The translations under genes and the position numbers were made by a program. 64,000 bases of DNA from Candidatus Nealsonbacteria bacterium. Lineage in GTDB: Bacteria; Patescibacteriota; Minisyncoccia; Minisyncoccales; PWPS01. The stretch is taken from the NCBI GenBank assembly GCA_003560665.1, contig PWKK01000023.1, positions 186,040 through 250,039 of the forward strand. Reading direction: 5' to 3'. Numbering within the stretch: position 1 is the first letter of the stretch; each line of letters starts with the position of its first letter. This document shows, piece by piece, positions 37,839-47,432 of this stretch. The notes beneath the pieces were generated by a model, which was not told the DNA's origin, did no database searches, and saw only the letters and a list, made by a program, of their open reading frames with translations.

Positions 37839-38264
37839 ATGAACATAATTCCAAGAAAATCATTCGAGGAAATGGACAACTTTTTCCATGATGATGATTG
37901 GTTTTTCCCTGTTTTTTCTTCAAAAAAATTTTTTGAACCTGATATGGATGTCTATGAAACCGAAAAAAACGTTGTTGCCAAATTAAGTCTTCCTGATATT
38001 AATCCTGATGATGTCAAGGTTTCTGTCGAGAACGGAGTTTTAAAGATTTTCGGTGAGTTTGAAGAAAAGAATGAGGAAAATGAAAAAAACTATTGGAAAA
38101 AGGAGATTAGGAAGGGGTCCTTCCAACGGTCTGCAAGAATTCCTGCGGAAGTGAACGAAGAAAAAACAGAAGCTGTTTACGAAAAAGGTATTTTAAAAAT
38201 TACCTTGCCTAAAGTAGAAGAAAAAAAGAAAAAAGGACGAGAAATCAAAGTAAAGACAAAGTAA
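37839..38264 (+). CDS. Small heat-shock protein (Hsp20/alpha-crystallin)
   Basis: PDMDVYET, LPDINPDDVKVSVENGVL, GSFQRS, AVYEKGILKITLPK. Confidence 0.95.
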   Translation: MNIIPRKSFEEMDNFFHDDDWFFPVFSSKKFFEPDMDVYETEKNVVAKLSLPDINPDDVKVSVENGVLKIFGEFEEKNEENEKNYWKKEIRKGSFQRSARIPAEVNEEKTEAVYEKGILKITLPKVEEKKKKGREIKVKTK

Positions 38265-38286
38265 GAAATTGAAAAATTTTTAAAGA

Positions 38287-38315
38287 AAAACCCCGCCATA
38301 GTTGGCGGGGTTTTT
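38287..38315. terminator. Bidirectional terminator
   Basis: AAAACCCCGCCA-tagt-TGGCGGGGTTTT between convergent genes. Confidence 0.8.
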
Positions 38316-38333
38316 CGGGCAGTATTCGTTAGA

Positions 38334-38546
38334 TTACCAGTCTTCTTCTTTGTCGTCATCACCGGTTTCTTCATCATCATCTAAATCGAGATCATCGTCT
38401 AGGTCGAGATCATCATCAAGGTCATCTCCGAGATCATCATCAAGGTCATCTCCGAGATCATCATCTCCCAAGTCATCATCACCGGTATCTTCATCGTCTA
38501 CTGCATATATTTTTTTATCGAATTCTTTTTGGTCCGTGAGGAACAT
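38334..38546 (-). CDS. Small highly acidic Asp-repeat protein
   Basis: 70 aa with DDDLG/DDLD repeats; converges on the 38287 terminator. Confidence 0.6.
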   Translation of the reverse strand: MFLTDQKEFDKKIYAVDDEDTGDDDLGDDDLGDDLDDDLGDDLDDDLDLDDDLDLDDDEETGDDDKEEDW

Positions 38547-38708
38547 ATTTCTTTGTTTTCTCTCTTTAAGAGAAAACGGTTACTTTTACCTCATCACGCA
38601 CTATGATAAAAGTGCACCGACCTTTTTACTGGACACATTATAGTTTTAAAGTAAATGTTGTCAACCCTTTTTGTTTTATTTTTTCTTCTTTTATACTATA
38701 ATCACGTT

Positions 38709-39113
38709 ATGTGGCAGGTAACAGAAAAAAGAAATATTTTTTCCTTGTGGATTTCGTGGCACTACGTTGTTGCTCTTGAGAATGTTTATCTTAAATGGAG
38801 AGATATTCTTCGTTTTAATCTGGATTACTTTTCAATTCCATTTTTGATAAAAACTCTTTTTGCCCCCTGGAAAAGGTATAATCTTTCTCTTGGCAGGGGG
38901 TTTGATATTAGTAGAATTACAGAAGCTGTTGTTTTTAACACTTTTTCACGCTTGATGGGAGCGATAATGCGCATTTCCGTGATTTTTATCGGTCTGATAA
39001 TGCAACTCCTAATTTTGTTTTTTGGTATTTTTATTATCCTTTCTTGGATTCTTCTTCCATTAATGATATTAGTCGGACTATTTACATCTCTACAATGGTT
39101 AATTTTGAACTAA
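38709..39113 (+). CDS. Hypothetical membrane protein overlapping the start of the Clp ATPase gene
   Basis: FSIPFLIKTLFAPWKR...FSRLMGAIMR with C-terminal TM helices. Confidence 0.75.
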   Translation: MWQVTEKRNIFSLWISWHYVVALENVYLKWRDILRFNLDYFSIPFLIKTLFAPWKRYNLSLGRGFDISRITEAVVFNTFSRLMGAIMRISVIFIGLIMQLLILFFGIFIILSWILLPLMILVGLFTSLQWLILN

Positions 39114-41590
39114 AAGAGGCGGCGATTTATAGAGCGCTTACTTATAACAAGATTATTTTTATCCGACGAGCGGATCTTTTCGCAAAGCTTTTTCTTTTGC
39201 TTTCTGTCGGGCTTTTTCTTTTTTTTCTTTTCGGAGTAGAGGGGAGTTTTCTGGGGTGGAGCACTTTCTTTTTTGTCTTTTTCTTTTTTTTCACGGAGAT
39301 AGAGATGTTTTTTAAGGGTTACATCCAAAGGCCAAAACTTTTAATAAGTATCGATGAGGCGGCGGAAAATATAGAGAGTATTAATATCGCCGATTTTCTT
39401 GACTTTGAAAGTGCTAGAATTGTTGAAAAAACGGAAAAAATGGGAGGTGTTGACTCTTATCTTTTACTCTTCTTTTTACTCAAGGAGGCAAAAGAGATGG
39501 ATTTTGTTTTTTACCGTATCTTGATGGACAAAGAGCAGTCGGTTAGAGAGTTGGAAAATATGTTTCGTGAAAGAGGAAGGATAAGTGATGATGGTTACTC
39601 TGAGTGCTTTCTTAAAACCATCGTTGATGCTTTTAATATTGCAAAAGAGAGGGGAAACGAAAGAATTATGATTGAAGATATTTTTGTTGCCTTAAGCGAG
39701 CACAATGGATATCTGCAAGACAATCTTTATCAAAAAGGATTACGAAAAAAAGATGTATTTGAGCTTACATCGTGGCAAGCAAGAGCAAGATACCAAGAAG
39801 ATCCGTGGCTTTATAAAAATCTTATCAAGAGAGGAAGAATCGGAAGCGAATGGTCCTCGGGGTATATCTCCTTTCTTGAAAAATTTTCGATCGATTGGAC
39901 AAAGGGGATGAAGCTTGCAGGATTTCCTGAGACCGTTGGACACGAGAGAGAGGCGGATTCATTGGAAAGAGTTCTTTCACGAAATGAGATTAACAGTGCG
40001 GTTTTGGTGGGTGAGCCGGGGTCGGGGAGAAAAAGCATTATTCAGAAAATCATCAAAAAGAGTTTCTTGGGAGAAAGTCTTCCGGAAATTAATCACAGAA
40101 GGTTTTTGGAATTAGATCTGTCGGCAGTGGCAACTCACGCGCAAGGAATAGAAGAAACAGAGAGGGTTCTTGACGAAATTTTTAAGGAAACGGTAAGGGC
40201 GGGAAATATTATTCTCATTATTAATGATTTTCATGAATTTGTCGGAGGCGAGCAAAAACCAGGGGTGATTGATATCTCCGGAGTGTTGGGCCCCTATTTG
40301 CATGTTCCACAATTCAGGATTATCGGAGTAACCAGTTATCTTGGTTTCCGTCAAAAAATATAACAAAACTCTTCCGTTCTTTCTTTGATTGAAAAAGTAG
40401 AAGTAAAGGAAGCAACAGAAGAAGATACTCTTCTCCTTCTTGAAAGAGAAGCTCTTTTTCTTGAGAGGAAGTATAGAAAGTTAATTTCTTTTGCCGCTAT
40501 TAAAAAAACAATCTCTCTTTCTGCAAGATATATTCAGAACGCTCCTTTTCCCGAAAAGGCGTTGGACATTCTAGAGGAGGCGGTGGTTCATGTTAACCAG
40601 AAAAAGAAAGATATTCTTCTTCCAAGTGATGTTGAAAGAATTGTTTCGGAAAGGACGGAGATTCCTGTTGGAGAAGCGGACGCAAAAGAGAAAGATGTTC
40701 TTTTAAATATGGAAAACTTGTTACACGAAAGATTGGTTAATCAAAACGAAGCGGTAAAAGCGATTTCTCTTGCTCTTCGACGGTCAAGAGCTGATGTTGA
40801 TACGAGACGAAGCCTTATTGGAAGTTTTCTCTTTTTAGGACCCACGGGAGTGGGTAAGACCGAGATGGCAAAAGCGATTGCCAGTATTTACTTTGGGGCG
40901 GAAAAAAAGGTAAATCGAATTGACATGTCCGAGTTTCAAAGCATCTCCGATATTTCTCGTCTTATTGGATCTTCAACAGAAGACGGAGTACTTGCTTCAG
41001 GTGTACGGGACGACCCCTTTTCGCTTATTCTCTTAGATGAAATAGAAAAGGCCCATCCGGATATTTTAAACCTTTTTTTACAAGTGCTAGACGAAGGACA
41101 TCTTACAGACGGGAAAGGGAGAAAAGTAGATTTTCAAAATTCAATGCTTATTGCTACCAGTAATGCCGGCTACCAAACCATTCTCCGAGCTGTCGAAGAA
41201 AAAGAGGACTTTATAGAAACCAAAAAAAAGATCCTGAAAAAACTTTTTCGAGACTCTATCTTCAGGCCGGAGTTTGTTAATCGTTTTGACGAGGTTGTCC
41301 TCTTTGAACCGTTATCTAAAGAAGATCTTTTGCATGTTGCTCAACTCGAACTTGATAAAATGGCAAGGAATTTAGAAAAGAAGGATATGAAGTTCATTAT
41401 CACCGAAGGACTGAAGAGAAAAATAGTAGAGTTAAGTTATGATCCTGTTTTCGGAGCTAGGGAGATGCAAAGAGCAATTCAAAACAATATCGGTGACTCT
41501 CTTTCGTCTGCAATTCTAAAAGGAGACTTAAATAGAGGGGACTCTTTTGTCATCAATGCGGAAGATTTTACTCTCGAGAAAACACAATAA
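39095..41590 (+). CDS. ClpA/B/C-family AAA+ ATPase with N-terminal TM helices; one in-frame TAA at 40361-40363
   Basis: ORFs 39044..40363 and 40385..41590 share a frame, separated by one TAA. D1 GEPGSGRKS, FPEKALDILEEA; D2 FLFLGPTGVGKTE, RIDMSEF, LLDEIEKAH, FRPEFVNRFD, FGAREMQRAI. Confidence 0.9.
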
Positions 41591-41719
41591 AAAAAATAGT
41601 AGATAATTAAAAAGAACGTTCCCGGGGTTGCTTTTATCAAGGGATGTGATTTATAGCGGATTTTCTTTTTTTATTTTACTGAAAACTACTTGTTTTATTG
41701 CTAATTACCAACTAATACA

Positions 41720-42379
41720 ATGAATAAAATAATTATTCTTGTCGTTATCATTGTTTTTATTCTGATCGGGATTTTTTTCTTAATGGATAACGAGAAAGAA
41801 GTGCCAGCAGGTATCCCAGAAGATGATTTAAGCGAGGAAGAAAAAAGAGCCATGGAATATGGACAGCCAGATTACCTTGATATACAGGGTTATTATCTCT
41901 ATCCTTCTCCGGGGTATGATTGTGTGGGAGGATTTACCGATGACTACAGGTACTTGGATGCAGAGTGCGTTCCCGAAGAAAGAGATGATTACGAAATTAA
42001 CATCGAAGCGGGACTGGCGATGTCTTCAATTAATCCGGAAAAGGGAATTGTTGATAATCAAATTGTTGCAAGAAGTATGGAGTTTACGGGCAGACAACAC
42101 GGTGTTATTGTTTGCGAAGAGCACACTTCAGAAGGACTTAGACTTGGCGCTGAGCATTATCTTTGCACACACGAAAGAGACGGTGAGCCCGTTTTAACAC
42201 ATGGAATAGGGAAGGGTTTTTATCAATCAGATGGAGCTTATGGAAGGTGGCTTGAAGCGGATCTAATAATCAAAGACAGTGATAATGATTATACGCAGGA
42301 GGATTATGTTGAGTTGTTGGAAAGGTTTGTAAGTAGCAGTGTTAGAATTAACTGGGAAGACTACGAATCGGGAAATTAA
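41720..42379 (+). CDS. Hypothetical membrane-anchored acidic exported protein
   Basis: N-terminal TM followed by an acidic domain with 4 Cys. Confidence 0.7.
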   Translation: MNKIIILVVIIVFILIGIFFLMDNEKEVPAGIPEDDLSEEEKRAMEYGQPDYLDIQGYYLYPSPGYDCVGGFTDDYRYLDAECVPEERDDYEINIEAGLAMSSINPEKGIVDNQIVARSMEFTGRQHGVIVCEEHTSEGLRLGAEHYLCTHERDGEPVLTHGIGKGFYQSDGAYGRWLEADLIIKDSDNDYTQEDYVELLERFVSSSVRINWEDYESGN

Positions 42380-42503
42380 ATTTTTACTGTTTATCTAGAA
42401 GTTCGATTGAATCATCGGGCTTTTATTTTTCTTTCTTTTGTTGTATGATATAAACGCTGAAGGGGTTACTTGGCACTCTAAACAGAAAAAGGAGGCAAAA
42501 AAG

Positions 42504-42584
42504 ATGAAAGAGATAATGCTAACGTTAATTTTTTTGGCTGTAGTAGTGTTTATATTGGAAACAATAGCGAGAATAATATTTTAA
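42504..42584 (+). CDS. 26-aa hydrophobic peptide (not in the ORF track)
   Basis: AAAGGAGG SD + ATG: MKEIMLTLIFLAVVVFILETIARIIF*; terminator GCGGGGA...TCCCCGC-T6 at 42622-42649. Confidence 0.6.
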   Translation: MKEIMLTLIFLAVVVFILETIARIIF

Positions 42585-42822
42585 AAAAAAGGAGGATTGT
42601 AAAAATATTTCTAAGACACATGCGGGGAGTGTAAAATCCCCGCTTTTTTATTAAATAAGTTTTGCCTGGTGAAAAGACGGGCAGCAAAAGTTCTTTGAAA
42701 CACATTGCTTTTTTATATATTTATTATATAATATAGAAAACAAAGAAAGGAGGAGAACATTAAACAATTAAACCAAAGGAAAGGAGAAGAGAATCTTAAA
42801 AAAAGAAAGGAGGATTTTGACG

Positions 42823-44109
42823 ATGAAGAATTTCTTCAGGTTTGATGAGAAAAAAACGAACTTAAAGACGGAAATTACCGCCGGAGCCACGACATTTATG
42901 ACGATGGCATACATTATCTTTGTTAATCCGTCCATCTTAAGCATGGCGGGTATGGATTCAGGGGCGGTGATGACAGCAACGATTATTGCGGCCGGGGTAA
43001 CCACGATATTGATGGGATTACTCACTAACTATCCCTTTGCCCTGGCTAGTGGAATGGGCCTTAACGCCTTTTTTGCGTTTGTTGTAGCTTCCCAGTACGG
43101 TTGGCAGGCTGCTCTCGGAGCGGTTCTTATTTCCGGAGTGGTTTTCCTAATACTCGCATTGTCGGGATCGGTGAGCTACATCGATGCAGCAGTACCCGCG
43201 AGTTTGAAAAACGCGGTAGCTGCCGGGATAGGCCTCTTTATTGCTTTTATCGGCCTTCAGAATGCTGGTATTATTGTCGGTTACGAGGCGACACAGGTTA
43301 CACTGGGTGATTTAACTGCACCTGGACCCTTGCTTTCAGTGATAGGATTGGTGTTTATTGCTTTGCTGATGGCAAGGAAAGTGAGAGGAGCAATACTGAT
43401 CGGCATCCTACTGACAACCGTTGTGAGTTTTATAATGGGATTTCAGCCGTTTCCGACGGGTTTGGGTGATGTGTTTGGTCCTCCTGCAAGTATGGGTCCG
43501 ACATTCTTTCAGCTAGATCTAAGGGCTACTTTTGCAATACCGTTTTTTGTAATTTTCAGCTTTGTTTTTGTCGATGTTTTTGATACCATGGGGACGCTTC
43601 TGGGGACAGGGGCAAGAGCCGGTTTTCTTGACAAAAAGGGCCGGCTACCCAAGGTGAATAAGGCGATGCTGGTTGATGCCATTGGAACTACCGGAGGAGC
43701 AGTACTTGGCACCAGCACAGTAACAACCTATATCGAATCAACCGCCGGTATTTCTGAAGGTGGAAGAACAGGATTTACTTCAGTTGTTGTCGGGATTCTG
43801 TTCTTTTTGACGCTCTTTCTGGCTCCGCTGGCGGGTCTCGTTCCTGCCGAGGCAACTGCTCCGGCACTGATTATTGTCGGGGTAATGATGGTGGCATCGG
43901 TCATGAAAATTGATTTTAATGATTTCACAGAAGCATTCCCGTCTTTCCTGACAATCATTTTTATGCCGCTGGCCTACAGCATTGCCGATGGAATAGCGGT
44001 TGGTTTTATCGCCTTTCCGTTGGTTAAGGTAGTTGCCGGTAAAAAAGGAGAAGTTCACTGGTTACTATATATCTTAGCGGTCATCTCACTAATCCACTTC
44101 ATCTGGTAG
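42823..44109 (+). CDS. NCS2/AzgA-family nucleobase (probably hypoxanthine/guanine) permease
   Basis: EITAGATTFMTMAYIIFVNP, ASGMGLNAFF, DVFDTMGTL, YIESTAGISEGGRTG; AAAGGAGG SD before ATG 42823. Confidence 0.93.
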   Translation: MKNFFRFDEKKTNLKTEITAGATTFMTMAYIIFVNPSILSMAGMDSGAVMTATIIAAGVTTILMGLLTNYPFALASGMGLNAFFAFVVASQYGWQAALGAVLISGVVFLILALSGSVSYIDAAVPASLKNAVAAGIGLFIAFIGLQNAGIIVGYEATQVTLGDLTAPGPLLSVIGLVFIALLMARKVRGAILIGILLTTVVSFIMGFQPFPTGLGDVFGPPASMGPTFFQLDLRATFAIPFFVIFSFVFVDVFDTMGTLLGTGARAGFLDKKGRLPKVNKAMLVDAIGTTGGAVLGTSTVTTYIESTAGISEGGRTGFTSVVVGILFFLTLFLAPLAGLVPAEATAPALIIVGVMMVASVMKIDFNDFTEAFPSFLTIIFMPLAYSIADGIAVGFIAFPLVKVVAGKKGEVHWLLYILAVISLIHFIW

Positions 44110-44152
44110 GTGATCGGTGATTACAAAGAAAAAATTAAAGCAGATTTACTGC

Positions 44153-44189
44153 AATCCGCCACAAAGCAAGACGTGTGGCGGATTTTTTT
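44153..44189 (+). terminator. Intrinsic terminator
   Basis: AATCCGCCACA...TGTGGCGGATT followed by a T-run. Confidence 0.8.
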
Positions 44190-44330
44190 ATAACCCTAAA
44201 TTTTTTCTTAAATTTATTTTATTATTTTTTGAAAATATGGTATGATAAAAAAAGTAGTTTCCGTAAAAATATTTTTTCGTGCTACGATTAACTGATTCTG
44301 TTCACTAAAAAAAAGGGGGGGGGTTGTATC

Positions 44331-44651
44331 TTGGATAAGAAGAAATCGCTTTATATGTTTTGGGTTGTGCTCTTTCTGCTGAATTTTTTAGATGTATTTT
44401 TTACATCCTACGGGGTTGAAGTGAGAGTATTGACAGAAGACAATCCCATTTCAGCAATATTTTTAAAAAACGGTATTCCCGCGATTTTTATTTTTAAGTA
44501 TTTTATGGTCTTTACACTACTGACGGGAGTAGTGATGCTTGAAAGAAAAGTTGATCTTTTACTGATGAAGATTTTTATTACAGCTGCAATAGGGATATCT
44601 TTTTTCTTTAATCTAAAGCACTTAGAGTGGTTGCTTGTTTTCTTCTTTTAA
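44331..44651 (+). CDS. Small membrane protein, DUF5658-like
   Basis: LNFLDVFFT...EDNPI...FKY motif, 3 TM; G-rich SD, TTG start; hairpin TTCCTCGGA...TCCGAGGAA after the stop. Confidence 0.65.
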   Translation: MDKKKSLYMFWVVLFLLNFLDVFFTSYGVEVRVLTEDNPISAIFLKNGIPAIFIFKYFMVFTLLTGVVMLERKVDLLLMKIFITAAIGISFFFNLKHLEWLLVFFF

Positions 44652-44704
44652 ATTTCCTCGGAGCAAATCCGAGGAATGTTTTTAAAATTTAATGTGAGAA
44701 TAAT

Positions 44705-44896
44705 ATGGAGTGCCAAAAAGATAAAAATTTAGAGGAGTGTATTTGCACATATCCCGGTTGTCCGCAAAAAGGGATGTGCTGTTCATGCACAAGGCATCAC
44801 CGGGACAAAGGGGAGCTGCCGGCATGTTACTTTACTTCTGAAACCGAAAAAACATACGATCGTTCGGTGAAAAAGTTTGTCGAAGAGCAACAATAA
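44705..44896 (+). CDS. Small Cys-rich protein (DUF6485-like)
   Basis: CICTYPGCPQKGMCCSC..HH...ELPACYF...EKTYDRS. Confidence 0.8.
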   Translation: MECQKDKNLEECICTYPGCPQKGMCCSCTRHHRDKGELPACYFTSETEKTYDRSVKKFVEEQQ

Positions 44897-45051
44897 AAAA
44901 AATGGATAAAGAAGGGAAGATTACGGACAAGAAATAATGCTTTCTTCTTTACTTAATTAATTTTGAGTTACATGTAATTTAGAATATGCTTTCTGTTGTA
45001 TTTTATTAATATAGTGTATAATAAAGAAAATAAAAATGAGGAGTGATCATT

Positions 45052-45447
45052 TTGTTGGAGCATTTTTATGTGGTAACCCGTAAAGGATTTTATTTTGTAA
45101 GTAAAGAAAGGGACATAGAGGGAAATCCTACACTGATAGAGTTACAAAAAAATAGAAAAATTGTTGGAGGAAGTTACGTTGGGATAATGCGAAGTGGTAT
45201 AATTCTTTACAACAATAACAGCTCTCAAAAATTGCCGGATCCTTATTCGGTTCGTAGTGACCTGGTCACATCTTCTATCGTTGCTCTTTTTTTTAAAAAA
45301 GATACAGCAAAAAAAGTTTTTGATAAGTTACAAAATAGAGAAAAAATCGAAAAAGATTTCTTAAATGAAAATGAAGAAGTTGTTCGGGAAATTGGAACCG
45401 AGCACCCGGTATTTATACTGTCAGAACTTGACCCTGTATTCCCTTAA
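45052..45447 (+). CDS. Hypothetical protein
   Basis: GAGGAGTG SD, TTG start, TATAAT upstream, terminator GCGCC-ttt-GGCGC-T6. Confidence 0.65.
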   Translation: MLEHFYVVTRKGFYFVSKERDIEGNPTLIELQKNRKIVGGSYVGIMRSGIILYNNNSSQKLPDPYSVRSDLVTSSIVALFFKKDTAKKVFDKLQNREKIEKDFLNENEEVVREIGTEHPVFILSELDPVFP

Positions 45448-45823
45448 GGCGCCTTTGGCGCTTTTTTCATTTCAATGAATTTTTTGTAAGAAGAGATTAA
45501 GGAACTGGAGACAGCAAAGAAAAATACCAAAGCAATGCTCAAAAAGTACAAAGGATAAGTAATTATCATAAAGCAGGGAGGATTATATTCACGAGATTTA
45601 GAACATTTTTAGAAGAATTAAAGTTCCGGCGGCCTACCTCAAAGCCCTCTTTTCCATCAGATTTTCATTTTATAATTTTTGGGCTTTGATTTTTAATTTG
45701 TTTTGTTGTATAGTATAAAAATGGACACCAAAGGGGATGAATGAAGTATTTTTTGTACCTTGAAAGCTACATGTTATTTTAACGTGTTTGTATATAAAAA
45801 ATTGAAAGAGGAGGTGACGACAG

Positions 45824-46660
45824 TTGATTTTTTATCCGGGAAGATGGGTTGGCAGAGTAGATGTTGTTATTTGGATAGCGGTTATGGTGTTTTTCTTTTT
45901 TTCCGCACTGATTAATGGGGGAGATGTCTATCTTTCTTTGTTTGCCGCCGGGGCGGTTGTTTCTGTCATGACTATAATTGGAGCTTCCATTGAAGTCATT
46001 ATCGAGATTTTTCGCAATATGCGAAAGATAGGAACGGTTCTCGGATTTGTGACCAACGGTCCGGAAATGGTTGTTCTGGTAGTGGGGATTGCAACAGGAG
46101 ATGTTCTTTTTGGTATTAGCACTCCGCTGGGATCGAGTGTTATCAATCCGTTCATGCTCGTCTTGGCCGTGTTGGTTTCAAGGACGGCTGTAAAGCATTT
46201 TAGGATAAATTCTGTTTATACTATTTCATGTATTGTTCTTACAGTGATTCTTGCTCTACTGTTTTATATTCTTCCGGAAGGATATTACTGGGTGTGGATA
46301 GCGATTAGTTTTTTGATAACGGTTGTGCTTTTTATTTTAATTCCAGAAGAAAAGGAACCGGAAAAAGAACTATCGTCTCTTCCCTTGTGGGTTGTAGTAC
46401 CGGCCCTGGTAACTCTTCTTGTTTCCGGATACTTTCTCGATATAGTGGTGGCTTTTGCCAGAGATGTGTCTAATGTACCAAAGGGCCTTATCGGTTTTTT
46501 AGTCCTCGCAACGCTCTCCAGTTGGCCGGAACTCAAGAGCACTCTTGTTTTCTTTAGGAAAAACAGAATCAGATCAGCTGCTATCAATATATATGTAAGT
46601 AATATATCAAATATCTGGTTGGCGGTTGTCGGTGTAGTTCTTTATCTGTTCTTTTATTAA
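45824..46660 (+). CDS. Ca2+/Na+ antiporter-like (CaCA) membrane protein
   Basis: Alpha-repeat-like motifs VTNGPE...LGSSVIN and LSSWPE...VSNISNI; about 9 TM; SD AGAGGAGGTGA. Confidence 0.7.
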   Translation: MIFYPGRWVGRVDVVIWIAVMVFFFFSALINGGDVYLSLFAAGAVVSVMTIIGASIEVIIEIFRNMRKIGTVLGFVTNGPEMVVLVVGIATGDVLFGISTPLGSSVINPFMLVLAVLVSRTAVKHFRINSVYTISCIVLTVILALLFYILPEGYYWVWIAISFLITVVLFILIPEEKEPEKELSSLPLWVVVPALVTLLVSGYFLDIVVAFARDVSNVPKGLIGFLVLATLSSWPELKSTLVFFRKNRIRSAAINIYVSNISNIWLAVVGVVLYLFFY

Positions 46661-46820
46661 AAAGAGGGAGTAATAAAAATCTCCCTCTTTTTGTCATCAA
46701 AAGGCTTGTAATTAATCGTTCCGCTTAGCGTAAGACACTTTTTTTAAAGATAGTTTTTATGGACAAATCTTTTTGATATCTTGTTTGACGAGCTTTCTAA
46801 GTCTGACACAATATAAAAAT

Positions 46821-46887
46821 AACCTTAACGTATACCCAAGCTGTTACCGCTTGCAAATGATATGGCAAGGGTGTGCATGGGGAAGGT
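46821..46887 (+). ncRNA. Candidate structured small RNA 1
   Basis: Downstream of TTGACG-16-TGnCACAAT; nested pairings ACCTT/AAGGT, GTATACCC/GGGTGTGC, GCTGT/ATGGC; no ORF. Confidence 0.35.
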
Positions 46888-46940
46888 AAAGTTAAAAGAA
46901 AATTTAGCTTGACATATTTTATTAATTTATTATAATACGA

Positions 46941-47050
46941 ATGCTGTGGGGTTCTTAAAAATGGTGGACCTCTCGATCAATTTAGTTCCCCAGAAGCCGG
47001 AGCCCCACAGTATGTTTCAAAGACTGCATTACAATTGCGGTCTTTTTTAT
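46941..47050 (+). ncRNA. Candidate structured small RNA 2
   Basis: Consensus TTGACA(46909)-16-TATAAT(46931); 14-bp stem ATGCTGTGGGGTTC/GAGCCCCACAGTAT; terminator AAAGACTGCA...TGCGGTCTTTTTT; no SD-led ORF. Confidence 0.55.
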
Positions 47051-47432
47051 TTTCTCTAGCTTTGATCTTGATTTCGCTCACTGTTCTTGAGTGAATCACT
47101 TTGAGATTTGTCTTTTGGCAGTTTTAAATGAAAAAAGTTTCTTGCGATTTTTTTTTATGGTAAACTTGTTTAAATAATTAGAAAACATTTAAGAGTTTTA
47201 TGCTTAATTCGAAAGACCTAATTTTTTGTCAGAAGAAAATCTGAAGAAAAATAAAAATGCATACGGACAAGAGTTAGTGGCTTTTTTAAAGGAAGAGAGG
47301 TGTCTAGAAATTAGAGACTAGGCTCCAAGATAGTTCCTTCGACAAAATCAGGACAGAAGAGGGAATTAGTTGTTTTAAGTGATTACTATTAAGCAAAGCA
47401 TTTAAAGAAGAATATTAATTTAAAAATAAGTT

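Noticed and set aside
30110..38500. Tandem repeats at 30.1-30.3 kb, 35.57-35.62 kb and 38.36-38.49 kb as CRISPR arrays
   Set aside because: In-frame coding repeats without unique spacers; no cas genes in the window.
38302..38643. Ser/Arg-rich plus-strand ORF
   Set aside because: Starts inside a terminator; it is the antisense of the Asp-repeat gene.
44234..44287. AATATGG...CCGTAAA...CTACG resembling purine-riboswitch loops
   Set aside because: No P2/P3 pairing or TTTCTAC junction, it overlaps a -10 element, and it lies downstream rather than upstream of the permease.
45475..45690. Stop-interrupted reading frame (MNFL*EEIKELE...KG*VIIIK)
   Set aside because: Multiple stops and no recognisable homology; at most a decayed remnant, not evidence of readthrough.
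46829..46876. Purine riboswitch upstream of guaB (CGTATA...GATATGGCA)
   Set aside because: Spacing is wrong and TTTCTACC/CCGTAAA are missing; kept only as an unassigned hairpin.
47241..47321. NAYGQELVAFLK fragment reminiscent of a methyltransferase N-terminus
   Set aside because: Too short to support without a search.
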